A DNA stretch of 64,000 bases from Trichoplax adhaerens. Taxonomy: Eukaryota > Animalia > Placozoa. The DNA is taken from NCBI RefSeq assembly GCF_000150275.1, contig NW_002060945.1, positions 4,327,397 to 4,391,396 on the forward strand. Reading direction: 5' to 3'. The stretch's first letter is position 1, and every line of letters starts with the position of its first letter. The position numbers and the translations under genes were made by a program. The notes under the pieces were generated by a model that searched no databases, was not told the origin of the DNA, and was given only the letters and a program-made list of their open reading frames with translations. Of the stretch, positions 14,601-27,461 are shown in pieces.

Positions 14601-17118
14601 GTCAAGCACTGCATTAATAGTATGAAAGAAATATAATATCATACAGAACGAACTTATTGCAACAATATCTATATTGAGAGTTATATTATATTTAATTATT
14701 CATTAGATATAATACATCCTCATTAGGAAGGTAGGTATTCTTTTAAGAAAAGTTTTACAAGTTTAATGAAGTTGAATCTATTGAAATATAAACTGAATCA
14801 ATTAAAATTTGCCAAACATCTATTATAGATCTTTGCAGATATCTAAACTTTACATTTAGGACCTATATGCTATAATACACTGGTAGTCTTGTAGCTAAAA
14901 TTCAGTCTGATGGCAAATGTATAAATACGTATTTTTGATGTAATCGATTAACTGATGATGTCATACAGACAAGCTTTAACAATAATACTGTACAATGTTA
15001 ACAAACGACACTCACTCATCAGCCAGCTGGAAGAACTAGCGCTAATACCGAAGATATAAAATTTTTTTTCAAATATTTGTAAACACCCTCCAGCTGTAGC
15101 GCCAAAAGCGGCAGCATGAGCAAAGCGATTTCGATCGTATCTCAGAAAATCGATGGGACTAAACGGAGAAAAGAAGGCTTTAGTATAGAATAGCAATAGC
15201 AAAACAAGACCTATTATCGGTAAACGATGAATATAAATTCAATTTTGTGCTATAATACAGTATCGTAATGATAATAAATTATAGCTTTTAAGAATAACTC
15301 ATTCAATGTACGCAAGATCTTGTTGTAATGTGAACGCTTACAGTGGAAGAAATACCAGTAAAAAATTTTACGTAGGTTTTTACCTACTGAATTTACACCT
15401 ATCACATAATTTATAGAGCCGTCCGCATGTAATGTGTAATAATCATGATTGTATAATGTGCATGTACACGCTTTATACGGTGCGTTACAATTAATGTAAT
15501 AATAACCTAGTTAAGCTATTGCCTAGAAATAAATATCGATTCTACTGTTGTTATAATAATTACTAATTTTCAGATGCTACCATTACTTATATCATAGAGA
15601 ACTAAGTACAACAAGGTAAAGCAAAATCTAGCACTTACTGTACTAGACCGGGATAGCCATTGCAGTAATGCCTCCGTTTTACTCTTTGTATAGTAAAAGA
15701 TAGAACTACCACGATAAGAGCCTAAATGCAAGATATACAAGTAGAACAAGTCTTATAAGTAAAGATCAGCACATAAAATGGATATGGTAAAATATTCACC
15801 GGTTGATCAAGTTGGCTATGCTATTGCTATTACAGCTGAACGTCATAGCTAGTAGTCTAGTACTACAGGTAACATACTCTTATGATGAAATATAACAGCT
15901 ATCGCATGCAAACGTAGCGCATCATCCATCATATTAAGTCAATATGGAGAAAATAATATTGAAAGAATCCAATTGCACTTACAGCAGGTATTAACGAATA
16001 AAGCGTAAATTCACCTATGTTAACCGTCGGTGTGCATGTGGAATTCCTATAAGGGAAAAAAAAAAATAAATGTAAATGTACGTACTATACAACATCGATG
16101 ATACAATTCCAATCGATACAATCTATACTCGTCTATGCTCATGTGACGGTATATTCAGCCAAATATGCTTGCAATAAAGTTGGTATAGTTACTAGCTAGT
16201 AGACGTACTTATACTATTGACCATTCAAATTGGCTACAAATTAGCTCAATTGCTGATATTTAAACGTCATATCTGTAAATAACGCCTCTAGATTGTGTAT
16301 GTGTGTGCGCAAAAGGGCTTGGTTTTAGTTTAATAATGTTAATATATCCGAATTTGTGCAGGATACTGTAATTCCCACGTCATGTCAAATAAGTATTGAG
16401 TTGATTGTTTAGTCCCGTTCAATGATACTATGTATCCAACTAGATTATAACATTAAAAGGATTATCATCGATTATCCGCATAACCGCTAAATTAATAGTT
16501 TGTTACCTAACTGTACAGTATTTCGCTTGATTCAGTACTCTAATTGGTAGTATTCCGATTTATAACAACTAGATTACTGTAGTATACATTATGTAGCGCG
16601 TATGAATATTCCTTTCGTTCAAAAGCCCGAATAAGCAATATACTGTAGACTATGGGCTATCGTCTATCGGTTAATTATACTGTATATAATAGTAGCCATT
16701 TTTAGTTTCAACTGCTGGACTACAACAGTATCGTATGCGCTTAAAACGGGTACAAAGTTATCATGTCTTACAAATTGCATAATCTAATAGTTTAGATAAC
16801 AGCATGCAACAGCTACTGCCAATAATGATAACCAGGATATCAGACGATTGATGGTACGCATCAGTAGCATAGTATGAAGATTCTTAATCTGTTGATAAGA
16901 ATGGACTGTTTGATATTGTTGTCTATCTATCAGGAATTGAAAACGACGTCGTGGATAACGAAACAATAAGAATACTGTGTATTGGAGAGGTAACATTTTG
17001 CATGAATAACAAGTAATAAAGCCATCAAGCAGCTCCTAATCGTTGCCAAATACAGTCACAATTATTTTACTTACGTAAAATTTTTCGTACTCGTGATATT
17101 ATCCACCTTAATATCCAT
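11611..17118 (-). CDS. STRA6: STRA6-like (STRA6/RBPR2 family) multi-pass membrane receptor, complete multi-exon gene
   Basis: Exon 1 MDIKVDNITSTKNFT (17118-17075) splices in phase to NSTCTPTV.. (16046-15983) and GYPGLVH-PIDFL..DRNRFAHAAAFGATAG. Further family motifs: YYPIFACL, EFKYPTRILATFLV, RKHLLRLYCG, NRRLLSNAAYFLFFYNIILG, SRLDKSLL, GYNAYLGFLHVEYHYNHP, ARNRWLVAVTLLNNKSL. Confidence 0.9.
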
Positions 17119-17209
17119 TTTACTTCAAGTTAGTAAGTCAACAGGGGTAAGAAAAGTGAATCATTCGTGTTACTGTAGGGCGTCACGGAATTGCACTGAC
17201 AGTTCACTG

Positions 17210-18020
17210 TTCTACCGTACAGTACTGTACTGTACTGTACATTTCTATCGCATAAGTACACGTTACGTAATGAATACAGGACAAGAATAAAAAGGTATGC
17301 AAGCTATGCTGCTACGGCATTGTTTCGTAGGCTATCGTCGTCCATACTGTACTGTACCGTCTGTACGTCCTACTAGATCATAGGTCATACTGTACTGTAG
17401 AGTACAGTACTGTACAGTGTACACATCTACCGTACAGTACTGTACAGTACTTCTTCTACTGTGTACAGTACAGTACAGTGTACAGTACTGTAGTGTTCTG
17501 ACCATACTGTACACTGTACACTGTACAGTATGGTGTGGTGAAGAAAAAAACAGTTTCTTTCCTAACTGTATGGTAAACCCCGACTAAATGCCGACTCCGA
17601 TTCACATGTAAGAAGGGAAAAGAGAGCTAAGATTTTACATGAGGACTTAGGGTTGCAGCATAGGTGCGAAAGTACCGTGGTTTAGTTGGTTGGGGAATTT
17701 CTTTGTTGAGTAGTCCCTGACATGATCCACATACCGTACATGTAACCTACACTGTACTGTGTACAAGTGTCCATTGTTGTTTTGTACGATTACCCATGCG
17801 CAGTTTAGTACAGTACAGTACAGTATTGTACTGTACAGTAGCTCATGGAGTACTACTTGTACTGTACAGTACTGTATACTGTACACTGTACTGTACAGTA
17901 CAGTACGGTACAGTACAGTATGTCTGTATTGTACAGTACTGTACACTGTACAGTACTACAGTACACGCTTACAGTAGTCATGAGTGAAGAGTACTGTAAA
18001 GTATACAGTGTATTGTACTG
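17210..18020. repeat. Low-complexity TACAG/CTGTA (TACTGTACAGTA) arrays in the STRA6-CSTF3 divergent promoter
   Basis: Dense runs of tactg/cagta/tacac units in both orientations at ~17210-17240, 17345-17530 and 17750-18020. These produce the spurious YSTV/TVQY ORFs. Confidence 0.9.
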
Positions 18021-18695
18021 TGTCATAGTTAACCAACAGAAAGAAAACAAACAGAAACACTGGTAAAACCATACCGGTAAAACCAGACAACCTACAGCAT
18101 CTCACTCTTGAGTAGTGAGTGAGTCACAACAAAGATTGTTTCAAAAGTGACTTCCACCAACTGTTCGTGCAGGGCAGACAGTGAAGTGCAGCAACGGACG
18201 AACAAACGTGAGTGTGCGTATAGTCGCGTCAACTGCTGTAATTTCAATACAATAAAGTGAAGTGCGTGCTACAAAAGTATTCCACTGGCTACATTGGTCA
18301 ACAGTACTGTCTCGTTTGTCCCTCAAATAGACCGACTCAGTATGGACCGTACAGGAGAGGAATGCACTTGTATGGACTACTGGATAAATCGGAGCACAGT
18401 TGCAGTGGCGATTGATTCGGTCGGGAACGTGTAGCCATTTCAGCCTTGACAACCCACTGAAATATCCCATTTCAACGCTTATTCACTGGCAATTTGATGC
18501 TTAAAATCCTTTTCTTCTTATAGGATAAGTGTCTGACTATATTGGCATTATCTGTTCTCCAGTCCTGCTGGTATCTCTCTCATTTTATTGTAGCAAGTAT
18601 AAATTAAGTATTGGTGCGATATCGAGATCAACTTTAGCCTTGGCTGAACAAGTGAAATCGTTGAAGAAAAGAAGATAATAGTAAAATTCAGCAAC

Positions 18696-21600
18696 ATGGC
18701 AGCTAATCCCGCCAAACGTATCAAAGTTGAAGAAACCCATGAATCTCATACCAAGGTAATCTCATGACACAATGAAGAAAGAGTCGATTAATTTGAAGAA
18801 ATTGGATCATTTATCCTCTGCACGTGTATTGTACCAACCACTACTGTAGTCCTTGACAGTATTTTGTTAAGCCCGCGCACTTTATTATGCAAAAAGAGAA
18901 TGATTGGCGTTCTACCCATGCTAACCAACTAGACTCCATGGTCTACTCTCATCATTGATACAAGGACTTTACTGAGATCGATCGTTCTATTGAGTTGTTG
19001 GATAAGACTCTAGTAATTCGCTATACCCCCTCCCCAATGTCCAGCTATAATGCTGAATTTAGCTTGTACCCCGAAGCACACGATCAAAGTATATCGCCGT
19101 CATATTTCTATGGAGAAATCAGACGTAATATACTGTATGTCCGTAGGATCGAAATTGAATTACAAGACAAATGTACACTTACGAGTATACAGCATTCTAC
19201 CTTTGTTGATCAATGCACTTAACCTTAGAAATGCAGTAATTTATGGCCCACGTAGTGTCTCACTGATTACGCTTTGCAGTCTTGCTAATAATGTATGTAT
19301 CACAGCCTTATACTACTGTAAGGTAATTCATTCAAGCTCTGCTGTGTTTACATCATCCAAACTACTGTATATTCGTATGATTGCAATCAGGTAATGTGAA
19401 TCTTTTCAGATAGAAAAACTTTTATCCAACAATATGGTACAGTATTAGATTTCCGATGAGCGCTGATACACGATCAACATGATGTAACTAATTTAGTTAG
19501 CAAGGTACTATCAGTCACTATCTTATTATTTGATCTACTGCCATTTTTCAGGTTTCAAACCAAATCCGTGAGCCTGAACGATGCGCTAAAGCCGAAGAAA
19601 GAATTAAAACTCATCCATACGATCTAGAAGCTTGGACAATCTTAGTTCGAGAAGCCCAAGTATGATTTCAACCACAACAAATAACTGAATAAAATATGCA
19701 GTATGGTGGTTACAGTATATTTTACTTGTAAAAAAATCAATTAGCTAACCTTGATCGTAATCCACCAATCAATTACAGAGCATTTTCATATTGATTAAAT
19801 TATTGCATTATACAAAGTTCACTCTACATCTCCAGTTGCTAAGCTAAAAAGTCATTTTCTTGTCTGAAGTCTCTAGTATTCTTATAGCATTATAATAAAA
19901 ATATGCCAGATTTAGTAGTTTCTATTAATCAAATTTGCAAGTTATGCACTGTCATGATTCAGCGCCTTCAAACTCTAAATCCTCTGCAGATTCAGTATTT
20001 CAAAATTGGAGGTTGATTGGATATGAAGATTTTATCGCTTCTAATGTTATGTATTTCACTTTTTTCTAAAATCATTAGTCTAAAAGCATTGAAATCGCTC
20101 GCGTATTTTATGAAAAATTATTGCATCAATTTCCTAATGCTGGACGATACTGGCGAATCTACGTAGAGCACGAGGTAAATTTCCTCAGATAAGTGTTAAA
20201 TGTAAATAAAATTTTAGACAGTAAAGTACCACCGGATGGATTTTGCTATGAATGATAAGTTCCATAGTGTAAGGTATTGAACATTATAAAAGCTTGCTAG
20301 ATCAGTATGACCTACCCCTTAGTCAGACTAGTCTATGTATTCATTCTATCTAAATTAGATAAGTAATATGCTGAAATAGCAATACATATGACTATCCGTC
20401 CAAAACTGCTATTAGTGGAAGCACAATCTTGTCGCTAAATGTTAAAAGTAAGCTAGGTATCTCGATTTTGGAAAATAATGCGAGTAATGTTCGTTACATA
20501 AACACAATATTGGTTTTAAATAGTAAAATCAGAATTAAGTGTTAATACGTCACAAAACTATAAATCAGTTGTAAGACGCATGACTGTGATTGATAGAAAC
20601 GTGATAACCCCTCTCTAAAATCTATTATATATTATTGGAATGTTAATGCCAGATATCTATGCAGAATATTTGTAAACTTAACGTAGCAGATGCTCATGAT
20701 GATGAATGAAATAACCTTCTTATATATTTCTTAGATGAAGAACAAAAATTATGAAAGAGTCGAAGCAGTAAGTAAACACACTAATACGCGTATACTTTAT
20801 AACAAAATGCTTATAAAATTATATTTTTTCAATAATTAGTTATTTCAAAGATGCCTCCTTAAAGTTATGAGTATCGACTTATGGAAGAGCTACATTACAT
20901 ATGTTAGAGAAACGAAAAAACATCTGCCTGCATTTCGGTTAGTTTATAAGTGATATGCCATTTGGCTAGCTAACAATGGTATCATAAGAGTTTAAAGGTT
21001 GCAATGCATTTTTTTTATGATAGTGATAAAATGACCCAAGCTTACGAGTTTGCATTAGGCAAAATGGGATTAGACATTCAGTCCTTTCAGGTTTGAAGTA
21101 GCCGTTGATATGAGAGAACACAATATTTTCCCTATTATGTTTCTAAGCAAGGTTTCTTTTTATCTCTATAGATATGGGCCGATTATTTAGAATTTCTAAA
21201 AACAATGTAAGACAACTTTATACGAGTATACTACATTGGTGACGAATTCTGACGGATATGTAAAATTACTTCTTTTCATAGGGAAGTATCAAACGCTTAT
21301 GCAGAAAATCAGAAAATAGTTGCTATTCGAAAAGTCTATCAAAGAGCCATAGTGTTGCCCGTCATTAACGTTGAACAACTATGGAAGGATTATAATACTT
21401 TCGAACAAGTAAGATGTTTGTGAAAACAATTGCAACGAGAAAATAGAATATTTTACTTTTAATTACAATGAAACTTAAATTTCGATTATTTATTCTTATT
21501 CAGTGACTGATTTAGTTTACTACTTTACATTGCACTTTTTGCTTAATTTAGACTACAAATAAAAATATGGCTAAAAAGCTTATCGATGAAAGAAATAAAG

Positions 21601-24600
21601 AATTTATAACTGCAAAACGCGTATCAAAGGTAAAAATAATTTACCATGGCGCTTTGACTGTTTAATTACGCTAAAATTTATTATGTTGCTTTCAATCCTT
21701 TCCTATACAAGGAATTTGAAGCTATTACTAGGGGTCTTGTGAAAGGGGCACCTGCTCTTCCGCCACATCTTACCAACCTTTCTCAGGTTTTTAACTAATA
21801 TACATTATAGTATCTTCCGTGTTGGCTCCCGATGACTTTCATACGCACACTAATATATATACACTGATGTTAATGCTCCGTTAATTAAATAGCTTCAACT
21901 TTGGAAAAGATACATTGAATGGGAAAAAAGCAATCCCTTATCTACGGAAGATACGTTAACTTTGGTAAAGCGTGGTAAGTTACACCTAAATTTTAAATCA
22001 AATTTTCTTAACATAGCAAACCCCAAGTATCCTAAACAATCATTCTCATTGTGGGAAATAACGTAATATTTAATATTTAGATATTTACTTTAAAATATTT
22101 CTATTCACGAATTTTTCTTAGTCATGTTCGCCTACGAGCAATGTTTACTGGTTATGGGCCATCATGCTGATGTTTGGAATGAAGCTGCATTATTTCTAGA
22201 ATCAATGAGTAAAGTTTTATCAGAGAAAGGGGTATTTAAGCAAAATTATTATTATTTAGATTTAACGTTGCTCACTAGCATATCTTTAAGATTATTTAGT
22301 GGCGTTTGCATCTGACTAATATAGGATATGCAACTTGGTCGAGAATTAAGCCAAGAAGCTGCAAATGTATACCAAAGAGCTGTTGATGGTCTATTAAAAA
22401 ACAACATGTTACTGTATTTTGCGTTTGCAGATTTTGAAGAAGTAAGTTATTGAATTAATGGCCTGATTTCAGTGGCCATTCGCCGGCCGGTCGTTCGTGT
22501 AGTGCTGGACTACAAGTACAGCTTTACTAATGATAAGATTGATTATTATTTACCTAGTCTCGCATGCAGTACGAAAAGTGCCACTCGATATATAATAAAT
22601 TACTGCTCAGAGATGACGTGGACCCTACTTTGGTACTTTTGTAATTAATAGCTTTATAACTAGATTCATCTTAAATTTGCATTATATTAATATTAGCGAT
22701 GAATTTAATAGGTCTATATACAATACATCAAATTCGTTCGCCGTGCTGAAGGAATTCAGTCTGCCCGAAAAGTGTTCAAGAAATCGAGAAATGACGCCAG
22801 AAGTCAATACCATGTAATAATGATTCCTTTTTATCTTTATTATTATTATATTTGTTCCTGTTTCTTTTTATAAAATTATTATTTATATATTCACTACCGT
22901 AAATGACAGGTTTATGTAGCAGCTGCGTTAATGGAATATCATTGCTCAAAAGTTAGTTATAGTCTTGATTTTATAATGGTATAGCAATCGATGACTTGTG
23001 TTCTTACGCACATAATTTATATTTTTATACTTATAAGGAAAAAACCATATCTATTAAAATATTTGATCTGGGCTTGAAGGTATTTATATAAATATATTTA
23101 TGTATTGAAACCATACAACTATTATGTATTAAATCTTTTCTTATCATTCTTTATACATTAGAAATTTGGATCGAATCCAGATTATGTGCTATGTTATATT
23201 GACTTCCTTTCTCATTTAAATGGTAAAATTTTTATGCACACACATGATGTTTTTGATATACTAGTTCTAGGTTATTTCATTGCACTAGTTATATCTTGTC
23301 TTTTAATTATGTTATAGATGATAACAACACTAGAGTACTATTTGAAAAGGTCCTAAATCAAATGCCGCAGGAAAAAACTAAGTAAAATTGTCTTTTCATA
23401 TCCTATAAATTCTCTAAAGTAAAATATTTATTACGATTTTAACAAATGGTGTAAACTTTTTAGACAAATATGGAGTGCCTTCTTAGACTTTGAAACTAAC
23501 AATGGAGATTTAGCAAGCTTATTAAAAGTAGAACAAAGACGTAATCACATTAATCTTGAGGTTCGATCAAGTATAACTTTAGCAAATTTTCACATTCTAC
23601 GAAAACTAATTGATATCGCTAATTATCTATGAACTTTGATGCTTATAATTATTATTCTGTTCCTAAGGAATACAAAGGACATCAAACGGCATTGCTTGTC
23701 GATCGTTATAAATTTAGAGATCTGTATCCGTGTTCCACATCAGAATTAAGAGCAATGGGCTACAAGGTTTGCTTGGCTATGGAAACATTAGCCCTTTTAA
23801 AAGCTATTTAAAGGTGTCATTTTGCAAGCTTAAGTATCCTATTTTATTTAATATTCTGAATTACAAATAGATTGCTTCTCTGAATAATGTCATTGTACAA
23901 CAAAAAGTAAACGTTGAAAATACTTCAAGACAAGATGACTTTCCAAGGCCAGACTTTAATCAGTTAATCCCATTCCGACCGTCCTCTAAACCAGGTTTGC
24001 GGCGTTGCTCGTAACATTTATATGTAAATATTAGTTATTCCTAATGCCTACAAAATGCAATATTCAGTCTTAGGCGTGCACGTAGTTCCTGGCGGAGATT
24101 TCCCAGTCCCACCCGCCGTAGCGTACTTAATGACTCAGATTCCACCACCGACTTGTTTCGTGGTATTTATGTCTATTATGCTATATTTAAATCAGGTCTA
24201 TTCTTATAACGGGGGTGTCTCATATATTAATTATCGATTTGGTAGGGTAACTTTGTTAAAGTAGACGACCTACTACGGTATATGGCAGAAAGACCGATTC
24301 CTGAGCAGTACGAGAAAGGTACTTAATTTTCTTCGAAAGAAATGATAATACTTACAAAATTAGATTTATAAAGGACGTTCAGCAATATGTATAGTATATT
24401 ATAATATTATTGATATATCTTACATAAGGTATTAAGAATGGCTGTCTTTAACTTCTCTAAATTAGAATATACTGCGAAAATGAGTATTACGGAAGGCAAC
24501 GAGATTAATCATAGTAGGGGAAGTAAAAGATCAGCCGCTTATCTAGAAAATGAAGACAGTGACGAAGAAATTACCGCACGACCTCCACGACATGATGTGT

Positions 24601-24632
24601 ATAGAATGCGTCAGCAAAGACGACAAGGCTAA
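18696..24632 (+). CDS. CSTF3: Cleavage stimulation factor 77 kDa subunit (HAT-repeat protein, su(f)/Rna14 family), multi-exon
   Basis: Spliced exons include [100 protein letters not shown] and C-terminal [12 protein letters not shown], all matching CstF-77. Confidence 0.95.
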
Positions 24633-26857
24633 TGGATTACTGATTATGACTAGTTGATAGTTGAAAATAGTATAAGCTACTTGTTCGATGTTTAGCATAT
24701 GCAAACCAACGTTATGTTAACGCAAGTTATCAAATGTTACAACGGTTACATAGTAAATTTTTAACATCGATTTCTGATACGTAAATTGATACTGTATTAC
24801 TGTAAAAATCTGCGGAGCGTAAATGTACAGCTTGATAGAAATACCAAACTGAAGTAGCTTTTCAAGAGTACTCTGGTTTTATATCTTAAATGACGATATT
24901 TTGTGTACAGTAAATGAATCGAGATGACTCATTTTTTATGTATTAATTGTTACCCTATGAAATTTACATAAGGTCTAAAGAACACTCATTTAATTACCGA
25001 TAATGCATTGCATTTATATGTATACCTATGCTTTGTAAGTAACCTTATTTAATTACCTAAGAAATTGTATATACTGTATTGGAGTATAGTACGAATAGCC
25101 ATTTTCATTGCATCTTTAGACTACGCGTATTAGCGAAAACATTTACCGAAATTTGTTTCGTCTCAAAATTTTTAGATCTCCTTTATTGTAAAATATGTAT
25201 CAAAAGGTTGCATTTTGCACTGTAAACTTTGTAATAATTAATAAACCATCGATGTGCATAAACGATTTGGTTAATTTGGTTAGTTAGTTTGCTGTACAGT
25301 GGCCACCGAGTGTTATCGCAGTAGGAGAAATCTGCATTACGAAATTAATTACATTCATCATGATATTCTTTCTATTGAACTAAGACTAGGATCAATCAAG
25401 AGTGATAAAGGCAATCAGTTTATGATAATCAAATCATTACTAACAATAAATAATCTCGCCCCATCTACATATATCATAGTAGCACTTGCTATAATAGCCT
25501 AGAATCCTCCAAAATCTATCGATTGTCAATATCAGACTCGGTCAATACTAATTAAACATAAGCATTCAAATTAAAATAAGCTTGAACTTATTTATAGAAT
25601 TTAAGAGTTCAGAGCACTGGCTTTAATACAAATGATGTAACACTATTTGAAAGAATCGTGAGCATGCGGTAACTGCCAATACAGTATGACTCACCGATTA
25701 CTGCTAGCTAGTGTCGAATAATACAGTAAATAACGATAATTTCGGAAGTGTTTACAGAATGCGCGCATACTGTACTGTCTAGGCTAATTTAAGCCATGAT
25801 GTTAATGAGTAATAACTGAGTAATGATGAATCACGTACGTATTAATGCATAAGTGTGATTTAAATCAGTGAGATTTTATTGACCGTGCCCATAGCCAATG
25901 CAGTAAGTAGTAAGTACAACGCACAGTATCTTACTAAATGCCATAAACTACAAGTGGGCCTCTAGGCAAAATTAAAAGATTTAACTATGTTGTAGAGTCC
26001 ATATAAGCATACTGTACTGTAAAACCGTCTACAAATAAATATTTTCGATATTTCAAGCGGGATTTTTAGTTGGTATATTTACCAAATACTGTGCTGTACG
26101 CGCCTCTACATGTATACGATGCATTGTATGTTTGAAACTTTATCAGAAGATACTGTACTATACTGTACAGTGTCCAGTAGTTGCTTTTGCTTGGCTACAG
26201 ACTGGACCAGATTGAGATCCTTTTATATTATTGTTATTTATTTCTAAATACATTTATGTCACTACGCCGCAGACTAAAATAATACAATTTTATGATAATG
26301 CACAGCGCATAGAGTAAAGTAGTTGCTTGCAGTCCTGCGGATCAGAACAGGGCGATGGCATTAAAAAAGGGCGTAAAAGCCCCCGCCTACTAATGAATGT
26401 AAGCATACTGGAGTGTTTATTATTCACTGTTGTGCAAATTAGGCGAAAATTGCTGGTGAATAACCGTGAATAGTACGCGTATTTATGCTTGCAGGGACTT
26501 GTAAAAGAGAAATACTGTCCAAATTGATCCCTTTCATTGGGTATATGGAAATAGTCACAACTATAAATAAAAATACCTTCCCAAACTACAGTATCCATTA
26601 TTCTGCATCTTCCTATGCACAGTATGGTAAACAAGATCGAATGACATCATTACGTACAGTACAGTACTGTACAGCGCGGCATTACGGGTAAAAAATACCT
26701 CGGTATTGATTTTTAGTCATGCATGACTGTACAGTATATAGTACCATACTATGCTGTGTACGGTAGTTTACAGTATATCATCTAGTAAGATAAATATAAC
26801 AGTAGTGTACAAGTGTTCATACATGTCACTTGAAACGAATAAGGAAGATAGCAAATG

Positions 26858-27039
26858 CCCGCAGTGAATTTTCAACCTGGAGATTTTCCTTCCTTTACAG
26901 TATGTGTACAGCGAATACCCGCAGTGAATTTTCAACCTGGAGATTTTCCTTCCTTTTTTACAGTACAGTATGTGACAGCGAATACCCGCAGTGAATTTTC
27001 AACCTGAAGATTTTCCTTCCTTTACAGTATGTGTACAGC
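26858..27039. repeat. ~60-bp tandem repeat, 3 copies, upstream of beta-tubulin
   Basis: CCCGCAGTGAATTTTCAACCTGGAGATTTTCCTTCCTTTACAGTATGTGTACAGC(GAATA) starts at ~26858, ~26918 and ~26985. Confidence 0.9.
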
Positions 27040-27461
27040 ATATTGCACACGTGCGCTGACAGATCTCCTTTGATTGGATGACGATAGTACTGTACTTGTA
27101 CAATGTACAGTACATTGTACAGTATTCGTACAGTACTCGACGTGCTGTATTTGTCCACCCCTGTCTTCTGAGTTCACCATACTGGTACATACTGTACAGT
27201 ATTGCACAGTAGTGTTGTGTAGGCTCCTTTTTTTAGCGCTTTACTCTCCACTGTACACTGAACTGTAATACTGTAGTCATACCATGGTAAATTCGCACGT
27301 TGCATTGAATTTAAATAGTGGCGTACGGTACCGTACTGCGACGGAATCGGCGCGTTGTTGCACATTCTCCTATCACTGGAACGCTTTATTAATTTAAGTC
27401 GTCACCTTTCTTGTTGCCAATTTTATTCTGCATCAGTCAATTTGGAGGTCACAAAAGCAAA

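Noticed and set aside
16784-16996. ORF as first exon or signal peptide of the STRA6-like gene
   Set aside because: It lies in intron 1. The 17118-17075 exon has a consensus GTAAG donor in the correct phase.
17332-18066. Overlapping YSTV/TVQY-rich ORFs (also 26958-27268)
   Set aside because: They are translations of stop-poor pentamer repeats in several frames on both strands.
18141-18470. 109-aa minus-strand ORF
   Set aside because: It starts at a non-ATG codon, lies in the GC-richer promoter region and has no recognisable homology.
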